From an uncultured archaeon (GTDB lineage Archaea; Thermoproteota; Bathyarchaeia; Bathyarchaeales; Bathycorpusculaceae), in the NCBI GenBank assembly GCA_963810275.1, contig CAWENF010000027.1, positions 1 through 64,000 on the forward strand: a DNA stretch of 64,000 nt. The letters run 5' to 3'. The stretch's first letter is position 1. The number at the start of each line of letters is the position of its first letter. Made by a program: the position numbers and the translations under genes. A model generated the notes under the pieces. It was not told the DNA's origin, did no database searches, and saw nothing but the letters and a program-made list of their open reading frames with translations. Shown here piece by piece: positions 1-10,722 of the stretch.

Positions 1-39
1 ACAAACAAACATTACAGGTGATTTAAAGCTAATCCACAC

Positions 40-540
40 CTACTCTTGGATTAATTCTTCATCAACCCACCACGCTTTCTTCTTACCTGACTTCTCACCT
101 GCATAGTACGTAATTATGGCTTTGCCTAACTGTTTTTTACTGTTCTTCTCAATCTTTTGCAACCTGTTCAAGACGAGCCAACGGTTGGTTTTAAGATAAT
201 CTGCCAACTCTGGTGTTGTTGTGGACTTGTAGTTGAGAAGGTATTCGATGATTTTTCTGTCCACTTCGTCGATGGCGAACTGGTAAGGGTTTATTTTGCC
301 ATGATGAAAAGTAAGGATTTCTAGATCAGAGAGGTACTTTTTGATTTGCCCAAACTGCTCCTCCAACTGTATCATGCGCTGCTCCAAGGCAAGGAGCTTG
401 TCGGGTTTGGGGGTTTTCTGCAGTTTCTCAGCTATGGCTTCACGTATGAAGTCGCTTCTGTCACCTTCTGGTATGCGCAAAGCCATCTCATGGTAAACTT
501 CTTCTGACAGTTTGACAGTTACAGTTTTCGGTTCTGCCAA
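40..540 (-). CDS. Putative DNA-binding protein (N-terminal ribbon-helix-helix, coiled coil, C-terminal winged helix)
   Basis: N-terminus KTVTVKLSEEVY...RSDFIREAIAEKL is CopG/RHH-like; C-terminal TTPELADYLKTNRWLVLNRL is HTH-like; TTG start. Confidence 0.6.
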   Translation of the reverse strand: MAEPKTVTVKLSEEVYHEMALRIPEGDRSDFIREAIAEKLQKTPKPDKLLALEQRMIQLEEQFGQIKKYLSDLEILTFHHGKINPYQFAIDEVDRKIIEYLLNYKSTTTPELADYLKTNRWLVLNRLQKIEKNSKKQLGKAIITYYAGEKSGKKKAWWVDEELIQE

Positions 541-606
541 TTTTTTGCCCCCACTTAGCCATAATGGGCGGTTTAGTTATTTCACGGTTTCTACGCAGAA
601 ACATCA

Positions 607-650
607 ACTATTTTTCAGCCAAGACTATAATTCAGCATTGACTATTTTCG
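607..650. promoter_or_regulatory. Three direct repeats with a 17-bp period in a divergent promoter (candidate operator)
   Basis: ACTATTTTTCAGC (607), ACTATAATTCAGC (624), ACTATTTTCG (641). Confidence 0.45.
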
Positions 651-684
651 TTTTAGCAATAATGTTTTATTTAGGTAGAAACAT

Positions 685-1620
685 GTGATAGGCACGGTGA
701 AAATTGTGACTGATTGGTCTAACAAAGACTTGCTAATTTTAGCTTTTGATCATCGAACATCTTTTGTTGAAAAACTCTTCGGAATCAAAGGGAGACCCCC
801 AACAGCTGAAGAGAAGCAGAAAATAGACGAAGCCAAACTCATAATTTTTAGCGGCTTCAAAATGGCGCTGGATAAGAAGGTACCTAAAGAAATCGCCGGC
901 TTGCTTGTAGACGAGGAATACGGCGCCAGCGTGCTAAAAGAAGCTAAAAAGGAAGGCTTCAACTTTGCGATGCCTGCCGAAAAGAGCGGGCAGGATGAGT
1001 TTGACTTTGAATACGGCGACAAATTCCCTGATCATATTGAATGTTTTGACCCCACTTTTGTTAAAGTTCTGGTTCGTTATAACCCCGAAAGCGATGCAGA
1101 TCTCAACAAGCGTCAACTGGAGAGGCTTAAAAAACTCAGCGACTACCTAGCATCTAAAAACCGAACATTCCTTTTCGAGCTCATCGTCCCAGCAACCACC
1201 GAGCAGTTGGCAAAGGCGGGCGGCGACAAAAAAGCCTACGACACTCAACTACGCCCAAAGCTTATGTGTGAAAGCATAAAGCAGATTCAGAACAGCGGCG
1301 TTGAACCAGCTATCTGGAAGCTTGAAGGCGTAGACAAAGCCGAAGACGCCAAAGCCATCGTTGCTCAGGCTCAGGCGGGTGGACGCAAAGCAGGCGTCAT
1401 CACCTTAGGACGCGGCGAATCCAAAGACAAAGTCAAAGAGTGGCTAAGCGTCGGAGCTAAAATTCCTGGAATCATCGGCTTCGCAGTGGGCAGAACTATT
1501 TTCTGGGACCCGTTGGTTGAGTTCCGTTCTGGAAAAATTGATTGCCCAACCGCAGTTGAGAAAATCGCCCAGAACTACATGGAATTTGTAGAGCTGTGGC
1601 AAAACGAGAGGAAACAGTGA
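685..1620 (+). CDS. DUF2090-family class I aldolase-like TIM barrel (IolC C-terminal / LacD-like)
   Basis: LILAFDHR, GLLVDEEYG, VKVLVRYNP, FLFELIVP, IWKLEG (Schiff-base Lys), GFAVGRTIF motifs. Confidence 0.8.
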   Translation: MIGTVKIVTDWSNKDLLILAFDHRTSFVEKLFGIKGRPPTAEEKQKIDEAKLIIFSGFKMALDKKVPKEIAGLLVDEEYGASVLKEAKKEGFNFAMPAEKSGQDEFDFEYGDKFPDHIECFDPTFVKVLVRYNPESDADLNKRQLERLKKLSDYLASKNRTFLFELIVPATTEQLAKAGGDKKAYDTQLRPKLMCESIKQIQNSGVEPAIWKLEGVDKAEDAKAIVAQAQAGGRKAGVITLGRGESKDKVKEWLSVGAKIPGIIGFAVGRTIFWDPLVEFRSGKIDCPTAVEKIAQNYMEFVELWQNERKQ

Positions 1621-1626
1621 TCTGCC

Positions 1627-2613
1627 ATGGCATCTCTACGTGCTCTTGGGCCCTCTCTGATTAGAATCACCACTGCAGGTGCAGTAGGCGCTGCTATGCA
1701 CATAGGCAAAGGTAACCCCGATATGGTCGACCAAACCGCCCTGGACTTTAGTCGTGCTGTAATGAATCAGATGGAAATCGACGGCGAAGTCATTTGCTGC
1801 GAAGGTCCCAAAGACAACGCCCCCGCCTTTAACAACCGCGAAAAAGTCGGTAAAGGCACTGGTCCAAAAGTCGAATTTGTCATTGATCAAGTTGACGGAA
1901 CAACCGCTACAAGTAAAGGCAAAAAAGACGCCATATCCGCTCTAGCATGCGCCCCTGCAGGCTGTCTGCAAGTGTTGCCCGACGACGGCTACTACTTCAA
2001 GCTGGCGACTAACGGCGCAGCCAAAGGCAAAATCAACCTTGACATGTCAATTGAGGAAATCGTTACCACCATAGCTGAATCCAAAAATCGTCCCTTAGCT
2101 AACTTTACCGTTATTATGCTGGAGCGTCCTCGTCACGACGAACTGCTAGCGAAGCTACGTAAGATGGGTGTTCGTATAATACTTATTGCTGACGGCGACA
2201 TCGCAGGCTCCATTGTCACCTGTTTGCCTGACTCAGGCGTTGACTTGCTTGTGGGCGCAGGTGCAGGTGCAGAAGCCACAATCGCAGCCACCGCAGTAAA
2301 ATGTTTAGGCGGCACGATGCTGGTTAAGGTTTGGAAGGACAAAAAAGACGACGCTAACCGCATGAAACGCCTCGAAGCCGCAGGTGTAGATGTAAACAAA
2401 ACATACACAGAAGAAGAGCTGGCAAGAGGCAACGAAATGATTTTTGCTGCGTCAGGCATTACCAAAGGCGAAATGCTTGATGGCGTTCGATTCATCGCTG
2501 GAACAGGCGCGAAAGTTCAGTCGATTTGCACAAGGCTGCCAAGCGGAACCATAGAATGGTCCTCGACCATCTTAAAGTTCAAAGAGCACCCCATATACAG
2601 CCAAATAACCTAA
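1627..2613 (+). CDS. glpX: Class II fructose-1,6-bisphosphatase
   Basis: EGPKDNAP, IDQVDGTT, ERPRH, IADGDIAG, FAASGITKGEML match GlpX motifs. Confidence 0.85.
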   Translation: MASLRALGPSLIRITTAGAVGAAMHIGKGNPDMVDQTALDFSRAVMNQMEIDGEVICCEGPKDNAPAFNNREKVGKGTGPKVEFVIDQVDGTTATSKGKKDAISALACAPAGCLQVLPDDGYYFKLATNGAAKGKINLDMSIEEIVTTIAESKNRPLANFTVIMLERPRHDELLAKLRKMGVRIILIADGDIAGSIVTCLPDSGVDLLVGAGAGAEATIAATAVKCLGGTMLVKVWKDKKDDANRMKRLEAAGVDVNKTYTEEELARGNEMIFAASGITKGEMLDGVRFIAGTGAKVQSICTRLPSGTIEWSSTILKFKEHPIYSQIT

Positions 2614-2690
2614 ACCTTTCTTTTTTCGGCTTTTACGCCTATTTTTCTTTATTTTGAAAATAAGTTTTAGTTGGAAAAATGGTTTTCTTG

Positions 2691-3359
2691 TTAAGTGGGG
2701 TTGTGAATGTCCCCGCCGCGTGGGTGTGTGTGCGGAGCAACGTGGGCTTCGCCGTCTTCTTGGGTGTGATCGTGGACATGTTCAGATTCTGCTGCTTCGT
2801 CTTCGGGAAATACTTGTCCGGTTAGCTTGGCGAGTTCACGATAGCGGGTGTTTACGATGCAGTATAGCATGCTTTGCAGAGCTTGGCCTTGGAGGTTTCT
2901 TTTTGCTAGTAGCACCATTTTTTTGGAAAGTTCTTCATCGCCTAAACCTTTGAACCATGCCTGAAAGTCGCCACGTTTTGTATGAAACTCCAGCGAGAGG
3001 GGGTCTGCGCGGTTGATTTTGGAGGTGAAGTCTCGGAGGTTATGGGCATGCATGCTTAGGGGTTGGTCGATGGTGGCGTAGAAGTGGAATGCACGGTCGT
3101 GGGGAGCATATGCTAAGATTTGGTCCGCTTTCTCTTTAGTGACTGGCGTTACGCCAAGTACCTGTTTGCCCTGTGTTGTTATGATGTAGAGTCCTTTCTT
3201 CGGGCTTGATATGTAGCCCATTTTTTGTAGCCCCAAGAGGTGCATCATGACAGGCTGGAACTCTTTTTTTACGTCCTTGGCGATGTCCATGGCTTTCATT
3301 GGTTTTTCGCAAAGGAACATGGATTCTAGAATTTCCTGTTTAATAATGGATAAACTCAA
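2691..3359 (-). CDS. Winged-helix plus DUF5752 domain protein with His-rich tail
   Basis: N-terminal wHTH; AFHFY...SLEFHTKRGDFQAWF resembles DUF5752 and the C-terminus of the GH57 at 19317-20858. Confidence 0.65.
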   Translation of the reverse strand: MSLSIIKQEILESMFLCEKPMKAMDIAKDVKKEFQPVMMHLLGLQKMGYISSPKKGLYIITTQGKQVLGVTPVTKEKADQILAYAPHDRAFHFYATIDQPLSMHAHNLRDFTSKINRADPLSLEFHTKRGDFQAWFKGLGDEELSKKMVLLAKRNLQGQALQSMLYCIVNTRYRELAKLTGQVFPEDEAAESEHVHDHTQEDGEAHVAPHTHPRGGDIHNPT

Positions 3360-3524
3360 TTTTTTGGCACCTGCCTGTATTTCCTATGCACTTGGTGGTA
3401 ATCAAACTTTTCCGTTGTGAAAATAAAACATATGGATATCAAGTTATCGATTTTGCAATGTCGGGTTAAGTAAAGCTTTAGTAGAGACAAACCCATTTTC
3501 TTATGAAACACCGGAGAAATAAGG

Positions 3525-4775
3525 ATGAAGATTGCGGTTTTTGTCTACGAGTATCCCCCTAAAATCGTTGGTGGCTTGGGCACATATGCTGCGGAAATTA
3601 CCCGCAAATTTGTGTTAAGCGACCACGACGTAACGGTTTTCACAATGAACGACGACGCGGGCTCCCTTCCCACTCGGGAGATTTGGCGCGGGATTGAAAT
3701 CCACCGCCCTCTTCACATCGACGTATCCGATTCGTTACCCGACGTAATAGCGGAAGACATCCGTAAATGGGGACGAGGAATTCACCTTTTCGGTAAACTT
3801 ATGGTTTACAATTATTTGTCCGCTGCGAAGCTTGTTAACGAACTTATAAAACGTGAAAAGATGAGGTACGACGTGGTAGTTGCGCATGACTGGCTATCTG
3901 CGATGGGCGGTGTGACGGTTAAGCGCGAGACGAATTTACCTTTTGCGTTTCATGTGCACAGCACCGAGAAGGGGCGTACATTGGGTAACGGTTCTGGCGT
4001 GGTTAGTAACATTGAGTTACGGGCTGGCAGAACCGCCGATATGGTTGTCACCGTGTCCTATGCTATGAAAGATGAGTTGGTCGGTTTGGGTTTTCCAAGG
4101 GAGAAGATTCAGGTCAGCTACAATGGCGTAGATCCACAGAAATACAACCCCGATGACATCAGCAAAGAGGAAATAGCTAATGTTCGTGCGAAGTATGATA
4201 TCAAAGACGACGAAACCATGATTCTCTTCGTCGGGCGCCTCGTCGTAGTGAAGGGCGTAGATAAACTCATCCTGGCAATGCCTCACATCTTAGCCAAGAA
4301 TCCAAAAGCCAAACTGGTTATTTTGGGCGTGGGCGACCTTCAAGAGTACCTCTCAAACCTCACAAAAATGACCAAACTTGACCAGTACGTCAAGTTCTGC
4401 TTTGACTTCATACCTGAAGAAGAACGTATCCAGCACTATGCAGCATGTGATATCGCTTGCTTCCCCAGCTTCTATGAGCCGTTTGGTATTGTTGCATTGG
4501 AGGCGATGAGCATGAAAAAACCCGTGGTAGTCGGCGCAGCAGGCGTGAGTGGCATGCGTGAAATCGTTGTATGCTGTGGTCCCGAACAGTGCGGCTATCA
4601 CATTGACCCCAACAACCCAAGCGACATTGCATGGGGCATTAACCAAGCATTAGCTACTCCCGAATGGATGAAAACTCTAGGTGAAAACGGAAGAAAGCGT
4701 GTCTTAGCCGAGTTCACGTGGACTAAAATAGCGGCGCATACCATTGAACTATACGAATCCATAGCCAAACGGTAA
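3525..4775 (+). CDS. GT4 glycosyltransferase (glycogen/glucan synthase-like)
   Basis: EYPPKIVGGLG, AHDW, FVGRL...KG, EPFGIVALEAM. Confidence 0.9.
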   Translation: MKIAVFVYEYPPKIVGGLGTYAAEITRKFVLSDHDVTVFTMNDDAGSLPTREIWRGIEIHRPLHIDVSDSLPDVIAEDIRKWGRGIHLFGKLMVYNYLSAAKLVNELIKREKMRYDVVVAHDWLSAMGGVTVKRETNLPFAFHVHSTEKGRTLGNGSGVVSNIELRAGRTADMVVTVSYAMKDELVGLGFPREKIQVSYNGVDPQKYNPDDISKEEIANVRAKYDIKDDETMILFVGRLVVVKGVDKLILAMPHILAKNPKAKLVILGVGDLQEYLSNLTKMTKLDQYVKFCFDFIPEEERIQHYAACDIACFPSFYEPFGIVALEAMSMKKPVVVGAAGVSGMREIVVCCGPEQCGYHIDPNNPSDIAWGINQALATPEWMKTLGENGRKRVLAEFTWTKIAAHTIELYESIAKR

Positions 4776-4781
4776 CCCCCC

Positions 4782-5390
4782 GTGAGTGATGAACAAAAAC
4801 GCCGTATTGCACGGGAAGCTGCCACACTGCTCTATTTTGGGGTGGAAAAAGAGTATAAGCAAGCCAAGCAGCACGCTGCTGAGACGCTTGGTACACACTT
4901 TTTGCCATCCAACCTTGAAGTAGCATTGGAGCTTGATAGAGTGGCAGAGGAGAACGAAGGCGGCAGTCGCAAGTTGCGGTTGGTGGAAATGCGCACCGAG
5001 GCCTTAGAGGTTATGCGGTTGCTGGCGGATTTTTGTCCTGTGCTTATCGGCAGCGTTTGGCGAGGCACTATCAAGCAGGGCAGCGACATCGACGTAGCTG
5101 TGTACGCTGACGATGCTGAGCAAGTTTTATCAGAACTTAAAGGAGGCGGGGTTAAAATCGCTAAAACTGAATGGGTGAAAGTGAATAAGCAGGGGATAAC
5201 TTCTGAGTCCTACCACATCCAGGCAAAAAATCATGGCAGATACAGCTTGGAAGTCACCGTGCGCTCAGCTGAGGAGGCGGGCAAGCGGCGGCGTTGCGAA
5301 ACGTTTGGCGATGAAATCCGAGGGTTGTCCATATCACAGCTGGAAAAAGTGCTGAAAACGCATCCGACGCAGCAATTCACACCCCGTTAG
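4782..5390 (+). CDS. Predicted nucleotidyltransferase (Pol-beta superfamily)
   Basis: LIGSVWRG...SDIDVAV (GS-DxD) motif. Confidence 0.75.
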   Translation: MSDEQKRRIAREAATLLYFGVEKEYKQAKQHAAETLGTHFLPSNLEVALELDRVAEENEGGSRKLRLVEMRTEALEVMRLLADFCPVLIGSVWRGTIKQGSDIDVAVYADDAEQVLSELKGGGVKIAKTEWVKVNKQGITSESYHIQAKNHGRYSLEVTVRSAEEAGKRRRCETFGDEIRGLSISQLEKVLKTHPTQQFTPR

Positions 5391-5465
5391 CCGCTCAGAA
5401 AACGCGCCTTCAAATCGAAAAAGGACTTAAACCACAAAAACAAATCCTATCTCAGCTGATTCGGC

Positions 5466-5864
5466 ATGGAAAAGAAAGATCTCAAAAAAATGTTCCCTCA
5501 TCTCTATGATGAACTTGAAGGTGGCGAAGTAAAAGTCCCAATAGATGGAATACGTAAAAACGCCGCTGAAGCCGAAGGCGAAGTCGGAGATTGTTTCGAC
5601 GCATGCCACGAATCCATGGAGGCGCCGGTAGGTAACGAGATGCCTGACAAGCTTCGGCACTTCAACCCACAGGCGGTGGATTTTCTTAGACGATGCGACA
5701 CTGAAGAGCAGGCAGAAGAAATTATTGTTTACTTGGAGAAAAAGGGTGAAATTACCAAGGAATACGCCTCAGAGTTACGGTGCCAGATGAAAAAAGATGG
5801 CATCCGAGCGTTTGGGCCTAAGAAGGGAGAGAATCATTACTTCAGAGAAGGCGGCATCTACTAG
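5466..5864 (+). CDS. DUF2095-family archaeal protein
   Basis: KKMFPHLYDEL...NPQAVDFLRRCDTEEQAEEII...GIRAFGPKK. Confidence 0.75.
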   Translation: MEKKDLKKMFPHLYDELEGGEVKVPIDGIRKNAAEAEGEVGDCFDACHESMEAPVGNEMPDKLRHFNPQAVDFLRRCDTEEQAEEIIVYLEKKGEITKEYASELRCQMKKDGIRAFGPKKGENHYFREGGIY

Positions 5865-6161
5865 AAGCATTTTGTGCCTATACTTATGGACTGTTAGCTT
5901 GTAGTTCTTTTTAAAATGTTGTAATCCCATTATTATTTTTTCTCTAAAACTCATAGCTGAAAAGTATTCGATATATGCCTCCACACCCATATAAAGAAAC
6001 AAAATCTACCCCTCTTAACCTGCAATTACAAACCATTTCAAAAAGTATATCAAACAAGCACTCACATCAACTAACCAAATTGTTCCTTGAGGTTTTGGGG
6101 TTTGGCAGAAAATTAATAAATACAATTTCATTCTTTGTTTTTTGTATAGGTGAAATGATTT

Positions 6162-7181
6162 ATGGCAGTTAAAGTCGGAATTAATGGTTTTGGCAGAATC
6201 GGAAGACTCATTTACCGAGCTGCAATCGAAAAGAACGCTAACATTGATTTTGTTGCAGTAAACGACTTGGCAGACGCCAAGACAAACGCAACCCTGCTCA
6301 AGTATGACTCAGTGCATGGACGCTTTCCAGGTACCGTCGAAGTCGAAGGCAACGACCTGATCGTAAACGGGAAAAAACTCCAATGCGTCCAAGAAAGAGA
6401 CCCCGCCAATCTGCCCTGGAAACAACTCGGTGCATACCTAGCCGTAGAAAGCACCGGACTCTTCACCAACCGTGAAGCCGCATCAAAACACCTAACCGCG
6501 GGAGCACAGAAAGTCCTCATATCCGCACCCGCAACCAACCCAGACAAAACCATCGTGCTCGGAGTCAACGACGACACCTACAACCCAGACTCAGACCAAA
6601 TCCTCTCAAACGCCAGCTGCACCACAAACGCCCTCGCACCCATAAGCAAAGTCCTAGCAGACAGTTTCGGAATAGAAAAAGCCCTTATGACCACATGTCA
6701 CAGCTACACCAACGACCAGAGAATTCTCGACGTCGTCCATAAAGACCCTCGCCGCGCCCGTGCAGCAGCCCTAAATATCATCCCAACAAGCACCGGAGCC
6801 GCCAAAGCCATTGGCGCAGTTCTACCCGACTGCAAGGGCAAAATGAATGGCTACTCACTCCGTGTCCCAACCCCTGATGTTTCCATCGTTGACCTAACAG
6901 CAGTCCTAAGCAGAGACGTCACCAAAGAAGAAATCAACCAAGCCATGAAAACCGCCGCAGAAGGACCACTAAAAGGAATCCTACAGTACACCGAAGACCC
7001 TATCGTATCCACCGATGTACTGCACAGCACCTACAGCAGCGTTTTCGACGCAAGTTTAACAATGGTGCTTGGCGAGAAAGGCAACTTTGTTAAAGTCTTC
7101 AGCTGGTATGACAACGAGTGGGGCTTTAGCAACCGTATGGTTGACTTCATTGAGTTAATCGGCAAAAAAGCCGGTTTCTAA
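6162..7181 (+). CDS. gap: Type I (bacterial-type) glyceraldehyde-3-phosphate dehydrogenase
   Basis: [32 protein letters not shown]. Confidence 0.97.
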   Translation: MAVKVGINGFGRIGRLIYRAAIEKNANIDFVAVNDLADAKTNATLLKYDSVHGRFPGTVEVEGNDLIVNGKKLQCVQERDPANLPWKQLGAYLAVESTGLFTNREAASKHLTAGAQKVLISAPATNPDKTIVLGVNDDTYNPDSDQILSNASCTTNALAPISKVLADSFGIEKALMTTCHSYTNDQRILDVVHKDPRRARAAALNIIPTSTGAAKAIGAVLPDCKGKMNGYSLRVPTPDVSIVDLTAVLSRDVTKEEINQAMKTAAEGPLKGILQYTEDPIVSTDVLHSTYSSVFDASLTMVLGEKGNFVKVFSWYDNEWGFSNRMVDFIELIGKKAGF

Positions 7182-7250
7182 TCGGGTAAGCCTTAACTTT
7201 CCCCTTTTATTTTATGTTTCAATCAGTACAGCGTTCAGAGTGTAAAAAGG

Positions 7251-8489
7251 ATGGCTAAATACAAAACTTTAGACGATTTTGACGTGAAGGGCAAAACAGT
7301 TATTGTCCGCGTAGACTTCAACTCAGAAATAGACCCCGAAACCAAAAAAGTGGCCAGCGATGTCCGCATCAAAGCCCATGCCGAATCAACCCTAAAAGAG
7401 CTCTCAGAAAAAGGCGCCAAAGTTGTGGTGTTAGCGCATCAAGGCAGAAAAGGTGAATCCGATTACACCACACTGGAAACCCACACCCAAGAACTCAAAA
7501 AGCTCATGCCCCAAACCAAAATAGAATACGTTGACGACGTGTTTGACGAAAAAGCCCAAACCGCCATAAAAAAACTGCAGCCCGGCGAAATCCTTGTACT
7601 CGAAAATGTTCGCAGCTGGGATGGCGAAACCAAAAGTGGCACCCCTGAGCAGCAAGCAAAAACCCCCCTTGGTGCAGAACCTTGCGCCCATTAGCAGATC
7701 TTTTTGTCAGCGACGCCTTCTCAGTTGCCCACCGCGGCCACGTTTCCATGGTCGGTTTCACAGCCGTTTTGCCCTCTGCTGCGGGACGTGTAATGCAGCG
7801 TGAATTATCATCGTTAAGCAAAATCGTTGAGGAACCTGAGCACCCCTGCGTCTACGTTATGGGTGGAGCTAAAGCTGACGATAGCCTCGAAATCAGCAAA
7901 TACGTGTTAAGCAACGGTATAGCGGATTACGTTTTGGTTGGTGGAGTGACTTCGCAACTGTTTTTGGCGGCTAAAGGCGTCAGCTTAGGAAAACCTGCAA
8001 TGGAATTTCTTGACAAAAAAAGACCTTATCCAGTATGTCAAAGGAATCAAAAATTGATACTGCAGTACCAAAGCAAAAATCGGCATACCAGTGGATGTTG
8101 CGCTGAATTTCGGCGGTATCCGCAAAGAAGTTGACTTAAGCATCCTGCCTACGGATTACATGATTTTTGACATAGGTAGCCAAACTGCAGCAAACTACTC
8201 TAAAATCATATCCCAAGCCAAAGCAGTCGTCGTCAGCGGCCCAATGGGAGTGTATGAAAATCCCCAGTTCAATCTAGGCACCAAAAGAGTGCTGGAAGCC
8301 ATCGCCGACAGCAAAGCCTTTAGTTTAGCAGGCGGAGGAAACACCATCGCAGCCATCCAAGAATACGGGTTAACTGACAAAATCAGCTACATCAGCACCG
8401 CAGGCGGCGCGCTCATCGAGTTTTTGATGGGTAAAAAATTACCTGGAGTGGCCGCGTTAGAGTCAGCTGTACGGGATAAGAAACTCTAA
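7251..8489 (+). CDS. pgk: Phosphoglycerate kinase, split into three ORFs by indels (probably sequencing errors)
   Basis: VRVDFNS, AHQGR, LENVR / [13 protein letters not shown] / [20 protein letters not shown] spread over 7251-7694, 7682-8134 and 8091-8489; C and A homopolymers near the breaks. Confidence 0.9.
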
Positions 8490-8557
8490 TTTTCTTTTTT
8501 TTGTTAATTTTTATGAAAAAGGAAAAAGTGGTTTTCCAAAAAGCTTGACCTTTTGGT

Positions 8558-9094
8558 TTAGTATTGTTGTTTACCGCAGTTGGGGCAGAATCGGACGCCG
8601 GGCTCCACCATTGTTCCGCATTGGGGGCAGTTGTGCATCTGTTGTGGTGGCTGGTATGATTGCTGTGTTGGTGGACCGTAGTAGGGTTGCTGTGGAGGTG
8701 CTTGGCCGACTGGAATTGGTTTGTACACTAAAGCCAGTATTCCGCCGATTAGACCGAGAAGACCGCCTACGCCGATTATGGAGAACACAATGATGTAAAT
8801 TCCGTATTTGGTGTGTTCCATTGGGTTTGTGTTGAGTCTTCTGGCGAATACAACGATCAAAATGGATGTAATCAGCATCCAGATGCCTAAGGCAATATAC
8901 ACAAGGAAAAAGCCTGAAACGCTTGGCATGTAATCATAGCCGTACCCATAGCCATAATCGATAGTGCTAGCAGTAAACAATGCAAGTATTCCCCAAACGA
9001 CCATTACAAAAATCGACGCAATCAATCCGATTATTCCGCCCAGCAAAGATACTATGTATGCTGCGGTGGGTTGGTTTTGAACTTGACTTGACAT
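8558..9094 (-). CDS. Membrane protein with Pro/Gln-rich linker and C-terminal zinc ribbon
   Basis: Hydrophobic segments, then CPQC...CPNC. Confidence 0.75.
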   Translation of the reverse strand: MSSQVQNQPTAAYIVSLLGGIIGLIASIFVMVVWGILALFTASTIDYGYGYGYDYMPSVSGFFLVYIALGIWMLITSILIVVFARRLNTNPMEHTKYGIYIIVFSIIGVGGLLGLIGGILALVYKPIPVGQAPPQQPYYGPPTQQSYQPPQQMHNCPQCGTMVEPGVRFCPNCGKQQY

Positions 9095-9186
9095 TTTTGT
9101 TTCTGAACTCCTCTATAACCTCTTTTCTGCGAAAGCAGTATAAAAAATTTGTTAGCGCTATCCTTTAAGATTAAATAAAATAGATG

Positions 9187-9663
9187 TTAGTCGGCATTAT
9201 TTTTCGGTTTTTTACCTATCTTTTTAGATTTAATCAATCCCCCGATGAGTGCTACAACCAAAGTGATAATGATTAGCGCGATTATTCCGACAACGAAGTC
9301 CAAGGGGAAAGGAACAAAGTTTTTAGGGATTTCCTGATAATTGAGTTCTCCATCGGCATAGGCGACGCCTCTAAAGAGATGCAAACCGTTCGAATAGTCG
9401 GCGGTGTCAAAGCTCCAGCTAAACGGGGCGGAGGTATCGTTTGATACTAGTTGACCATCTAAGTAGAATTCGACTCTGGTTACGTCAGAGGAGACTTCCG
9501 CGTTTAGGGTCCATTTGCCATTCATGTCGTTGCCCACGCCGTACCCGTTGTCTTTGTACAAACTCAAATCTATAGACGGTAAAGCTGTGGCTGATTCTAG
9601 ACTTGCCAGCGCCAAAGCTGAGCAGACAACGATTACTGCCAGAGCGATTGTTCCCAGTTTCAT
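9187..9663 (-). CDS. Membrane-anchored secreted Ig-like (Big_7-like) protein
   Basis: Signal peptide, VTRVEFYLDG...APFSWSFDT...NGLH, C-terminal TM with Lys-rich tail. Confidence 0.7.
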   Translation of the reverse strand: MKLGTIALAVIVVCSALALASLESATALPSIDLSLYKDNGYGVGNDMNGKWTLNAEVSSDVTRVEFYLDGQLVSNDTSAPFSWSFDTADYSNGLHLFRGVAYADGELNYQEIPKNFVPFPLDFVVGIIALIIITLVVALIGGLIKSKKIGKKPKNNAD

Positions 9664-9992
9664 TCAATATCTCTCTCGTACTGGAAAAGTATTTGCGGTT
9701 ATATAAAAAATGCTTGCTTAAGGAGCAGCTATTATCTGCTTGAGTCATTTCATAAGCGCATCAAGCTGTTACTGCTTTGATTGTTTATGAAAGTTTTAAG
9801 CTTTGCTCTGGTGGATTGCAGCACTGTTGCTCTAACGGAGCCTCCTCAATATAGAAAATTTATGGGTTGAACTGCTTTATTCAAACTAAATGGCCATCGA
9901 GACACTCAAATGAGACTGTTGCACGCACTTGATCCGCTAAACGGTATCAGAAAGCTTAGGCACATTCTTTGAGTAAGGATCGTACTGTTTTT

Positions 9993-10722
9993 TCAAATTA
10001 TCTTGTCAAGAAGCCCCAATAACGTCTGAAGGTCTTTCACTGCCCAGTCAGACTGTTGTTTGCTTTCGTCCAAATCTTTAAGGCTGTTAAACTGCGACGA
10101 CACAAACACCGTCTCCAAACCAGCGTCCTTGGCGCCCTTAATGTCCTCTAATGGGCTATCGCCAACGAAAACCACACGCTCCGCATTCACCTGCAAGCGG
10201 CATAACGTGTCTTGGAAAATCTGTGGGGCTGGTTTACGCCACCCAACATCTTCCGAGACGACGATAGCGTTGAAGTATTGGTGAATTCCGAGTTTTCTTA
10301 GGCTTTTATGAATGACTGGTGCGTGGGTGAAGTTGCTAATTAAGCCGACTTTGGTTTGGGCAGCGGTTTGCTCCAGTAGCTGTTTTGCGCCTTCACGCAG
10401 TTCTAAGGTGTCTATGAAGTTTTGGAAGAACACGTTTAGGGCAGCTATAACATGGCTGTTCTTGGGGATTAACCGCGTAGCCTAAGCTGCATAGTGCCTC
10501 GGAAACCCAGATTGGATTAGTGACTTCACGATGCTGCTCGTATCGTACAACACGGTACTTCTGGTGTGCCAATTTATAAGCATCTAAAAACTTATTTTTC
10601 TCCAACTGAAAACCTTCCGCCATCAGCGCCTTGTGCAGGTTGTTTTCAGAGTCCCCCATGCTATAGCCAATGCAGTTCACCAAGGTGCCGATGTAATCAA
10701 AAATCACAGCTTTAGGCGGCAT
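9993..10722 (-). CDS. HAD-superfamily hydrolase (frameshifted near 10450)
   Basis: VIFDYIGTL in 10393-10722; LISN, RKP, FVGDSPLEDI in 9993-10433. Confidence 0.85.

Noticed and set aside
7660-8095. Programmed ribosomal frameshifting in pgk
   Set aside because: Multiple shifts in a core enzyme plus similar indels across the window favour sequencing error
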